Of a DNA stretch of 64,000 nucleotides, positions 23,725 through 31,560 are shown one piece after another; the stretch's first letter is position 1, and each line of letters begins with the position of its first letter. Under the pieces are notes generated by a model. It saw nothing but the letters and a program-made list of their open reading frames with translations. It had not been told where the DNA came from and ran no database searches. This DNA is from Planctomyces sp. (lineage in GTDB: Bacteria; Planctomycetota; Planctomycetia; Planctomycetales; Planctomycetaceae), in assembly GCA_005798445.1 (NCBI GenBank), contig SYJG01000071.1:3452-67451 (forward strand), in the 5' to 3' direction. A program made the position numbers and the translations under genes.

Positions 23725-26700
23725 TTAACCAAACTTGGTATGGTAATAACGTGAGCAGTTATCCCTGAAATCATTTATGTCTCGGAAGCCGCTAAGTCGG
23801 AGTACCTCTGCATCGTATTCGAACTTCGCGGCAAATCGTAAACAGAAGAGTTTTTTGGCCTGATTTGGGTAATCCTGCAATACTCTGATCGCAAATCGCT
23901 TGTCGCTTGCGAGCCTCTCGGACACTAGCATTACGCATTCCGGATCGCTTTTGATTGCTGCGAGTATGAGATTATCATCGTCGCGCACCTCCCCAGGAAC
24001 AACATAATTCATATAGCAGTTCGCACCCATTTGAAATGCCTCGAGACAGAACTGTTTATCAGCGAATTTGCGAATTAGTGGTCCCATTTCAGACGAATCA
24101 TATAAGTCGAGCAAAAGAGCCAACACGAGGCACACATCTCTGTCGTTCTGGTGCTCGACGGAAATAACCTGAGTTATGCTCTGGAAGGTGCCCTGTTGGT
24201 TTTTGAGCCTCGGATTGTTGAAACCGTCGCGCAACCAATCACCATGTCGGTCTTGCAAGAACAGTTCTCTTGGGATTTGGCGGGATCGCAAAGCGGCAAT
24301 GATCTTCCGTTTCTGTTCGTCTCTCTCGGATGTAGTGCGAGGATCAGTGATGGTAAAGGCAGGTGGGAGAATTTCGTCTCCAAGCCTGGCTTGCGGAACA
24401 GCGGCATTGCGGGTGACGACGAGTTGAGCAGGAGGAAGCTTCACACCGAGAGTACTCTCGACCATCGCACGATATGTTGAGAGCCTTGCGTCAATGTCCG
24501 CAAGTCGATTTTCGATCGACGTTGGACCGACCTTGTGGTGTGCGTGCAGTTGCTCTTGGAGACGTTGAATCGACTTAAACGTCTCCGTTCTGACCTTGAA
24601 GAGTTCCCTGTCAGCCACTTCACGCCCCGTTTCACAAAGGTCACTGTGGCATAGTTCGGACGGAGCGGTCCACCTCATCCGACCCTCGTTTTCGTCGAAC
24701 CACTGAAAGTAGAAGACCGAATGAGTATAGAAGTTGTGCTTTGGACAAGTTTTTATTTCGCGGAACAGTTCAGGACGCTCGAGCGTCTTGTAGTTTGTGA
24801 GGAATGCCTCGGCGGTGTTGGCTAATCCTTCAGAGGACGCGTCGAATTCAGCGACTACACCGGCTCGTTCCTTCTCCAACGCCGCGATCTGCTGCATTGC
24901 GAGTTGCACCGCGTGCATTCGCACAGCGACATCTGTGCTCGGTGGGTCCGCATCGACAATGTTATTCCTTGCTGGCTGTTGGCTCTCCTTAAAGGCGTTC
25001 AAGTCCCGCAGCAAATCTTCGTCGTCAGCAACATTGGCTCGCGGTGGCTCCGGATCCACAATGCTCGCACTTCCCGGCTGTTGCCCTTCCTGCACGGCAT
25101 CTAAGTCTTGGACCAGCCGTTCGTCGTCGCCGTTGTTATCTGGCGTTTGAGTGGCAATCGCGACGCTGACGAATGTCGAAAGAACTGCATTCAAATTGGG
25201 AGCATTAGAATTTGGTGTTGGAATAGCAACGACTTCCTCTTCGTCAAGCTGTCGCTCAGCCGCTTTCTGTTCCTCTACCCATTCGTCAAGCCATCGCTCA
25301 GCCGCTTTCTCTTCCTCTTCCCATTCCTTTTCTTCAAGGCGTAACTCAGCCGCTTTCCTCAAATCGTCTTCGCCCAACTTGGCGTTGTTGCCGCCCATCC
25401 GAACCCGAATGTCACCTCTCAATTGGTAAAACCATGACTGGGCACCTTCGTCTGTCTCACATTGTCGAATGGCCGCGTCAATATCCAGGAGGGCTTCCGT
25501 CATTCTGCCGCGGAAGGAGTAGATCTTCGCACGTTGAGCGATCATTTGCGGAAAAGCAGTAGGGCACGCCTTTTCGAGCGCTCCAATTTGCTCAAGCGCA
25601 AGATCCCACTCACGCAGCTCGATGGCTGTCGCGATCACGGGCAATCGGTACGAACTCCAGTTCCGTTCGTCCTCGCCCGGCTCGAGAGATCGTCGAAGGT
25701 CGAATGCACGTATGTAATCACGTAAAGCAGCGTGCTCGTTTCCCTCACCCGCGAAAATCCGACCGCGATCGGAATGCGCCCAAAAGTTTCCGGGGTCAAT
25801 TTCAATCGCCGTTTCAAAGTCCTCCAAAGCCAGTTTGAGCATGTCGTGGCGTACATAGAATTCCCCGCGCTGGTAATAGGCCACCGCGTCCAAAGGGTTC
25901 AGCCAGAACAAACGGGCGAAATACTCAAGGCATTTGCGTACGTCTTTGTCACGGATGGCGAGATGCCAGATCATGGCGCGTTGATACCAAATGTCTGGAT
26001 CGTCCTTCATTCCCGACGCCTTCGAGAGATCTTCGTCGGCTCGTTGCTGTGTGTGCGGCAGGCGACCAAATTCGTGGTAGAGGAATTCCGCGCGCAGCCG
26101 GAGCAATTCCGGGCGTTCAAGGTCGGCGGCAAGAAGGGCTTCGACATCCGAGACTCGACAGTAATCATCCCTCACCCTTTCGATCCCCGGCAAAAGGTTA
26201 GAGTCCGCTGGTGCAAGACGGTCGAGGATCGGACGCAGCTTATACCCGCTGCCGAAGCAGTGACGTGGGTGGCGTACTTCTTCCGGAACTGTCATCGGCT
26301 TGCCCCGCAGAAAAAGCACGCTTGAGCGGTCCTCACTGACCGCTGCCGTGGTTGGAGATTGCGTGCTGAGTTGAGCGACGAGGAGAGACTGAAGGGCGGT
26401 TCGTGGAAGTTCGAGAGCCTGCAATACCCCATCATGCTCAACGAGGACTCGGACGCTGTGCGTATCGGGCACCGCAGTATCATCTATGTATCGCCCACCA
26501 AGGATCGACGGGGCACCTTTGATATCGACCCATTGGGGAGATAGGCATAGGGCACCCTCAAAGACTTGGCTTTGGTCGGTCTCGTCCAAGCATCGGATGG
26601 ACGTCAGGAGCCGCTTCAACACATCGCTGAATTTGTCGGGAAGTGAACACAACTCGCTGTCTGCGTTCGTAGTTTCTGCGATGATGGCGGGCGCGTACTT

Positions 26701-26745
26701 CGGTAGTCGCTCTCTGATGATCGAATACAGCGATGCACTCTCCAT
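23725..26745 (-). CDS. large TPR-containing protein with DUF4116-like C-terminal repeats
   Basis: Central TPRs (AVAYYQRGEFYVRHDMLKLALEDFETAIEIDPGNFWAHSDRGRIF...). An acidic repeat (EEKAAERWLDEWVEEQKAAERQLDEEE). A C-terminal LILAAIKSDPECVMLVSERLASDKRFAIRVL, which is DUF4116-like. I prefer ATG 26745, preceded by GGAGGA at 7 nt. The 1220-codon track ORF starts at a TTG with no Met for 214 codons. Confidence 0.65.
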   Translation of the reverse strand: MESASLYSIIRERLPKYAPAIIAETTNADSELCSLPDKFSDVLKRLLTSIRCLDETDQSQVFEGALCLSPQWVDIKGAPSILGGRYIDDTAVPDTHSVRVLVEHDGVLQALELPRTALQSLLVAQLSTQSPTTAAVSEDRSSVLFLRGKPMTVPEEVRHPRHCFGSGYKLRPILDRLAPADSNLLPGIERVRDDYCRVSDVEALLAADLERPELLRLRAEFLYHEFGRLPHTQQRADEDLSKASGMKDDPDIWYQRAMIWHLAIRDKDVRKCLEYFARLFWLNPLDAVAYYQRGEFYVRHDMLKLALEDFETAIEIDPGNFWAHSDRGRIFAGEGNEHAALRDYIRAFDLRRSLEPGEDERNWSSYRLPVIATAIELREWDLALEQIGALEKACPTAFPQMIAQRAKIYSFRGRMTEALLDIDAAIRQCETDEGAQSWFYQLRGDIRVRMGGNNAKLGEDDLRKAAELRLEEKEWEEEEKAAERWLDEWVEEQKAAERQLDEEEVVAIPTPNSNAPNLNAVLSTFVSVAIATQTPDNNGDDERLVQDLDAVQEGQQPGSASIVDPEPPRANVADDEDLLRDLNAFKESQQPARNNIVDADPPSTDVAVRMHAVQLAMQQIAALEKERAGVVAEFDASSEGLANTAEAFLTNYKTLERPELFREIKTCPKHNFYTHSVFYFQWFDENEGRMRWTAPSELCHSDLCETGREVADRELFKVRTETFKSIQRLQEQLHAHHKVGPTSIENRLADIDARLSTYRAMVESTLGVKLPPAQLVVTRNAAVPQARLGDEILPPAFTITDPRTTSERDEQKRKIIAALRSRQIPRELFLQDRHGDWLRDGFNNPRLKNQQGTFQSITQVISVEHQNDRDVCLVLALLLDLYDSSEMGPLIRKFADKQFCLEAFQMGANCYMNYVVPGEVRDDDNLILAAIKSDPECVMLVSERLASDKRFAIRVLQDYPNQAKKLFCLRFAAKFEYDAEVLRLSGFRDINDFRDNCSRYYHTKFG

Positions 26746-27514
26746 ACGGCGATCCTCCACGTAGGTGATCCAAGGCAATGAGGCTGCACCAGTGTGGTTG
26801 GATGTGGTTGTACTGGCTAGCGATGGTCGATTGAACTGGCTGAGAGTCGCCAGAAACGACGGGGAAATCAAGCTTGGTGCTCGCGAGGTAGATGCTGACT
26901 GGCGTAGCGGGCGGCCCGGCGTGGCTGCGCCACGCACACACCGGGGCGCGTCGTGAATGGTGCTTCCGAGTCGCACACGCTGGCACTCGTGATCGCCGAT
27001 CGTCTCGTCGGCGAGTCGATGACGCTCGGCGTCGCTCACGCCGTCGGGCGTGAGTCGTGCGGGCACCACGTCGCATGCCGCGTAGGCGGCCGCGACAGGA
27101 CGGAATGCAGCCGCGTCGGTCACGAAGGTGCCAGCGTGTCGAAAGTCCGTCCTGTCGCGGCCGCTGCCTGCGACGTGGTGCCCCTCTTCGTGTGGCACGT
27201 TCTCGGCTTTCTCAAGCCGAATCGTCGGTCGAACTCCGTTCGCCGGAATTCCGCCGGAGCCGGCGACATTGAGGCGGCGAATTGGCGATCTCGCGGCGTC
27301 GTGTGAGCGGCTCCCTGCCGTTCCTCGTTTTCTCCTGAGTGGCCTGTCTTCCGGCCCGCTCCGCCGGGCCGGTCTGTTGTCGTTCAAAGTTTCTTAAAAG
27401 CAGTCCGTCTGCTTTGCTTAACAGAAATGCTTTGTAGAAAGCTTTGTAGGCCGAGTCGCCGATGCTGAATCTTGGCTTGGGTAAGCCGAGACGTGACTCG
27501 ACTCAAGAAGAAAA

Positions 27515-27589
27515 CATCCGGCGAATGCCGATAGTCCATCCGGCAAATGCCGATACTTGGCACCAGAAAACATCCGGCGAATGCCGAGT
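27515..27589. repeat. three iteron-like direct repeats CATCCGGC(G/A)AATGCCGA
   Basis: Copies at 27515-27533, 27537-27555 and 27571-27589. The first two start 22 bp apart. Two copies are preceded by GAAAA. They lie directly 3' of the replication-initiator gene and next to a more AT-rich stretch that carries GCTTTGTAG twice (27400-27470). Confidence 0.7.
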
Positions 27590-27592
27590 GGC

Positions 27593-29080
27593 TCATGCGG
27601 CCTGATTGGTGTTGATCCCCGGCCGGTTGGCGATCCACACGGAGAACTCCGGAAACACGAAGTTCTCGCGCTCCATGCGGGACAAAGTCGCCTGCCGAGC
27701 GGCCTCGCCGGGACAGTGCGGGTCAGTGACTTTGTGGAATGTCATCAAGATCGGAAATGTCTTGTCGTAGATTTTCTTCCCTTCCGCAGAAAGACAGAAC
27801 TCCTCGAACGCCTTCGCTCGTTCTCGATCGTACTCATTTTGCCGTGCCTGCTCGGTGGCAGTGAACGCGGCTTTGTCACGTTCCCATTGCTCTCGTTCCT
27901 GCCGCTTCTCGTGAGCGTACATCCAATCGGGCGGCATCCGATTGTTCTGAATGCCGTCGATAAGAAACGCGGCCGGCGACACCTTGAAGCCGGAGAAGCC
28001 GCGCGGTTGCTCGTGCATGGCCGCGTCGGTGATCTTCACCCAACGGCTGATCGCGCCACACGAGAAGTTCTGGAACAAACGTCGGATGCCAGCCTCATCG
28101 ACACCGATCTTCTGAAGGGGTTCAAACAGTGGGTCGTCCGTGATCGCATTCTTTTGACTTGTGGTGCGTTTTGTCAGCGGTTGGCGGAAGTAGTCCCCGG
28201 CGTGGAACACGACGACGTAGGTGCCCTTTCCACGCTTGAGAAACAGGTCTTTCGGATCGGTCTGTCCCCTGCCGAGCGAAATGATCCGGTGTTGGAGCAG
28301 TTCGCGAATACAATTCGTGAGGTCGAACTTCCGCTTGTAGAGCGGACGATCGGCCGAAAATCCGAGGCCGTCGATGGTCAGGTCATCGACGTTCAGAAAG
28401 ACGCGATGGCATCGCCAGAAACGGTCCTTCAACTTCAGAAATAGCCGGCGAGCCGCCGGCGTCAGTTGGCGATACAGGTCGAGGTTAAACAGCAGATTGC
28501 CGCCGGTGGCTCGGCAGAAGCGGAAGAAGGCCGGGTTCCACTCGATCCGCCAGCAACGATCGTTGTCCACGATGCCGCCCACTCCCCCCACGGTCGGCAG
28601 CAAGATACTGAGAAACTGGAACGCAGCGTACTCGTGCTCCTGCGTCTCCGGGTTGTAGAAGCCGGAGTTCTGGTAGCTCACCGCCGTGAGCCGCACGAGT
28701 GACTCCCGCAGCATCGCGTACTGCGAACCGCCGGTGTCGAGCCCCAAGTGCTTGAGCATCCAATACGGCGTCGCGAGAAAAACGCCGTCCGCATTCGGTC
28801 GACTCAGCGTCGCCCCCAAGAGTCCCCACAAAATGAACTCGTCGATGGATTGCAGACCGAGTGCCGAGCGAACTGTCACCTCGGCCCTCTTCTTGCCGGT
28901 CGGAGTGACGAACGAATAGGACGTCCCGAAGACGGCCGACTTGAGTTTTCCACTGAGCGGCCACAGCGCCGTTTCCAACAGCGATAGTTGAGCAATCCCC
29001 TCTCGTTCGATTCCGGGGAGCCGGTAGCGATTTGTGACCGGCTTGGTCTCGCCGCTGGTGGCGTTCGTCGTACCGATCAT
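27593..29080 (-). CDS. plasmid replication initiator protein (RPA / RepA-type)
   Basis: The N-terminal region follows the replication-initiator-protein-A pattern: LLETALWPLS..., LGLQSIDEFILWGLL, PYWMLKHLGLDTGGSQYAMLRESLVRLTAVSY. 495 aa. The ATG overlaps the upstream HTH gene by 4 nt. Confidence 0.6.
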   Translation of the reverse strand: MIGTTNATSGETKPVTNRYRLPGIEREGIAQLSLLETALWPLSGKLKSAVFGTSYSFVTPTGKKRAEVTVRSALGLQSIDEFILWGLLGATLSRPNADGVFLATPYWMLKHLGLDTGGSQYAMLRESLVRLTAVSYQNSGFYNPETQEHEYAAFQFLSILLPTVGGVGGIVDNDRCWRIEWNPAFFRFCRATGGNLLFNLDLYRQLTPAARRLFLKLKDRFWRCHRVFLNVDDLTIDGLGFSADRPLYKRKFDLTNCIRELLQHRIISLGRGQTDPKDLFLKRGKGTYVVVFHAGDYFRQPLTKRTTSQKNAITDDPLFEPLQKIGVDEAGIRRLFQNFSCGAISRWVKITDAAMHEQPRGFSGFKVSPAAFLIDGIQNNRMPPDWMYAHEKRQEREQWERDKAAFTATEQARQNEYDRERAKAFEEFCLSAEGKKIYDKTFPILMTFHKVTDPHCPGEAARQATLSRMERENFVFPEFSVWIANRPGINTNQAA

Positions 29081-29649
29081 GGGAAAAGACGAGACAAGAA
29101 ACTTTTCTTCGGCTTGGCCTTTTTCTTGGCGGTCTCAGTCCCCTTCTCCGCAGGCACGGACTCGGAAGCCTTCGCCTCGAAAACGTCCGATTGCTTGCGG
29201 ACCTTGCCGTCCGGCAGTGCCAGTTGCTGCTGCAACGAGCCGATGAGAATGTTCTCCTCGCGAAGCCGTTCGCTCAGTCCGCTGATCAACTCGATTTGTT
29301 TCGAGAGTATTTCCGACTGCTGAGTGATTTGTTGATTCTTGATGTCGAGTTCCCGACAAAGCATCGCCAGCAACTCGCCGTTCCCGTCGTTCGATTCACG
29401 GGATGCGTGATGCTCGGCTGGTCTCTCCGATTCCACCGGAATCTCGCGGCGAAGAAGTTCTTCACTGATCTTCCAGGCGAAGTTTTCACCTTGCATCCGC
29501 AATCGCGTCGCGTCCTCCTCGGTCGGTTCGATTTGCTGACGATCCGGGTGATTCTTGCCCTGAATGATCGGGTAAATCACACGGCGAATCGAACTCGCGG
29601 ATTTACCGGTGAGAGTCGCCGCTTCTTTGACCGTGAGAAATTGAGGCAT
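29077..29649 (-). CDS. helix-turn-helix (excisionase/MerR-like) DNA-binding protein with coiled-coil
   Basis: N-terminus MPQFLTVKEAATLTGKSASSIRRVIY is a typical HTH_17/excisionase-type motif. It has a coiled-coil middle and a basic tail, and is coupled to the rep gene. Confidence 0.65.
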   Translation of the reverse strand: MPQFLTVKEAATLTGKSASSIRRVIYPIIQGKNHPDRQQIEPTEEDATRLRMQGENFAWKISEELLRREIPVESERPAEHHASRESNDGNGELLAMLCRELDIKNQQITQQSEILSKQIELISGLSERLREENILIGSLQQQLALPDGKVRKQSDVFEAKASESVPAEKGTETAKKKAKPKKSFLSRLFP

Positions 29650-29823
29650 CGTGGAAGAGGGGAAATGACCAGACCGAGCCTACCAGAACTAGAGTGGTTG
29701 GCAACCCGTTCCAACGACGTTCCATGTCGCGTGTCAAGAAGCCTCTTCGGTAAGTTCGCGACCATTGCCACGACGATTCCGATTGGCTTCCAGACTGCTG
29801 GCAGAACCGTGGACTGGTGAGGT

Positions 29824-30050
29824 TCCGAAAGGGGAGTGACGAGCTACCGAAACGTCTCCGAAATCCAACCGATCCGAAAACTTTTCGGGAGGATTCCAAA
29901 GACCATTCCAGACGAGGTTCCGGAATTGGTTTCAGAGTGATCTCGCGACCCTTCCACGGAAGAGGGGAGTGGTCGGTTCATCGCTTCCAGACTGGCTTCC
30001 AAGCCTCGCGGACGAACCCTGCCGGCAACATCTCCGAAGCGTTTCCGAAA
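29824..30050. repeat. cluster of short (T/A)CCGAA(A/G) repeats including the 15-bp palindrome CCGAAAACTTTTCGG
   Basis: Copies at 29824, 29846, 29857, 29873, 30032 and 30044. The perfect palindrome is at 29874-29888. GGAAGAGGGGA occurs twice (about 29655 and 29958) and CTTCCAGACTG twice (about 29783 and 29981). The cluster lies upstream of the HTH-rep operon. Confidence 0.6.
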
Positions 30051-30124
30051 GCTCACCGTGACAGTGTTTCAGGCGGAAGGGGGACGCCATTGTCTGTCCT
30101 TCTCTACAGGATCTCCGTCGTGTC

Positions 30125-31245
30125 ACTCGGCTACGCCGCCTTGCGTTCAAATGACTGCACGAGACCACCGACATACGAGCGAATTTCGATCTTGTTTCGT
30201 GACAGTTTCCGAACTGTCTTCGGACGCCTCCCGCGAATCGGTGGTAGGTGTCCGCGTTCCATGTGACTGCGTCGCGTGTTGTAGTAGTCCACCCACGACG
30301 CGACGACGTAATCCAAGTGCCGTTTGCCAAAAAGTATGAATCTGAACAAGCACTCAAATTTTATGGATTGCACGAACCTTTCGACTCTGCCGTTCAAATT
30401 GGGCGAAGCAATGGGAAGCACGTTTGTTCGGACACCTTTTGCTTTCAAAGTCGCTGTGAATTCCTTCGTGAACTTCGTGTCGCGGTCGTGCATCACGATC
30501 GACGGCTTCTTCTCACGATTCATCGTTTGATCGAGGAATTGTTTCGTCTGATCGACCACCCATGCCGAGTTGGGGTGCTTGGTGGATGATGTCACGATCA
30601 CTTCGCGCGTCGAGAGGCACAAGAACGCCATCAAATACATCTCTTGAAGACCTTTGATGGTCACCGTCTTGACCGAGAAAAAGTCCACCGCCCAAAGCGT
30701 CTCCGCATGTCGTTTGACGAAGTTGTCCCAGCAATCGGAAGTCTTATCCGGTCCAGGTTTGATCCCTTCTTCTTTCAGGATGTTGCGCACGGTTTGCCGA
30801 CTGATCCCCTTGATCCCCAATTTTCTTAACTCGCCAATGATGCGGGTGTAGCCGAACGAAGTCGTGGTCGCGATTTCAACCACCAGTTCGCGGACCTCTC
30901 GCGGCTTGCGTTGGCCACCCTTCGGATTCCGCTTCTTCTTTCCGGATTCCGCTTCGCGGCACCAACGATAGAACGTCTGGGGAGAGACGATCGTGAGCAA
31001 CTCTTCGATGGCCTGACCGAGTGCCTTGCCGAGCTTCAACAATCGTGAGCGCTCATCCGGTCTTGTATGGACCTGACCCGGAATCCGCGCTCGGAGTATC
31101 TTGTTCTCTTCCTTGAGGAATTCGACGTATCGAGCCAGTTCGTTGTTGCTCGCTGATGCGATCAACGCCAGCAGTGGGTGGAAGATTTTGACGGTCATGC
31201 TATTTTCGCAACTCGTTATTGAAGTGGAGTCTGACACATTCGTTG
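30125..31245 (-). mobile_element. IS element carrying transposase copy 2 (ends approximate)
   Basis: Same reasoning as for copy 1. Same orientation as copy 1. Confidence 0.45.
30131..31198 (-). CDS. DDE (rve / integrase-core) transposase, IS481/IS3-like, copy 2 (diverged paralogue of copy 1)
   Basis: Collinear with copy 1 from MTVKIFHPLLALIASASNNEL to YVGGLVQSFERKAA, roughly 80-85% identical by eye. ATG 31198 corresponds to the copy 1 start. The track ORF begins at a GTG (31237). Confidence 0.85.
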   Translation of the reverse strand: MTVKIFHPLLALIASASNNELARYVEFLKEENKILRARIPGQVHTRPDERSRLLKLGKALGQAIEELLTIVSPQTFYRWCREAESGKKKRNPKGGQRKPREVRELVVEIATTTSFGYTRIIGELRKLGIKGISRQTVRNILKEEGIKPGPDKTSDCWDNFVKRHAETLWAVDFFSVKTVTIKGLQEMYLMAFLCLSTREVIVTSSTKHPNSAWVVDQTKQFLDQTMNREKKPSIVMHDRDTKFTKEFTATLKAKGVRTNVLPIASPNLNGRVERFVQSIKFECLFRFILFGKRHLDYVVASWVDYYNTRRSHMERGHLPPIRGRRPKTVRKLSRNKIEIRSYVGGLVQSFERKAA

Positions 31246-31560
31246 AACAGCGCTATGTCGCTGAAATCTCCCGTCTCACGGCTCCGAATCCAACGCTCTC
31301 CATGCAGAGCATCGGTGTTTTGAAATCCGCTCACTGTGTGGCACGGAATGGGCACAGAATCCTCTAGAAACGGCCACAAATTACACTAAAATATCCAAAA
31401 GTGAGTTGGTCGAAGAGTTGTGTTATCGCAGTCTGTAAGCGCATGACTGGCTTCAACTAAGAAGCATCATTCGACCCCGCAATTGCTCTCGAAACCGGCG
31501 GCCTACGGAACCGAAGGGGGTCCGCCAATCGCGTCGGCGACTTGTTCGGGAACCGAAGGC

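Noticed and set aside
27557-28444. 295-aa plus-strand ORF and several others overlapping the rep gene.
   Set aside because: They are antisense to the RPA-like initiator frame, which has family-typical motifs and operon coupling. The antisense product is Arg/Leu-rich with no recognisable features.
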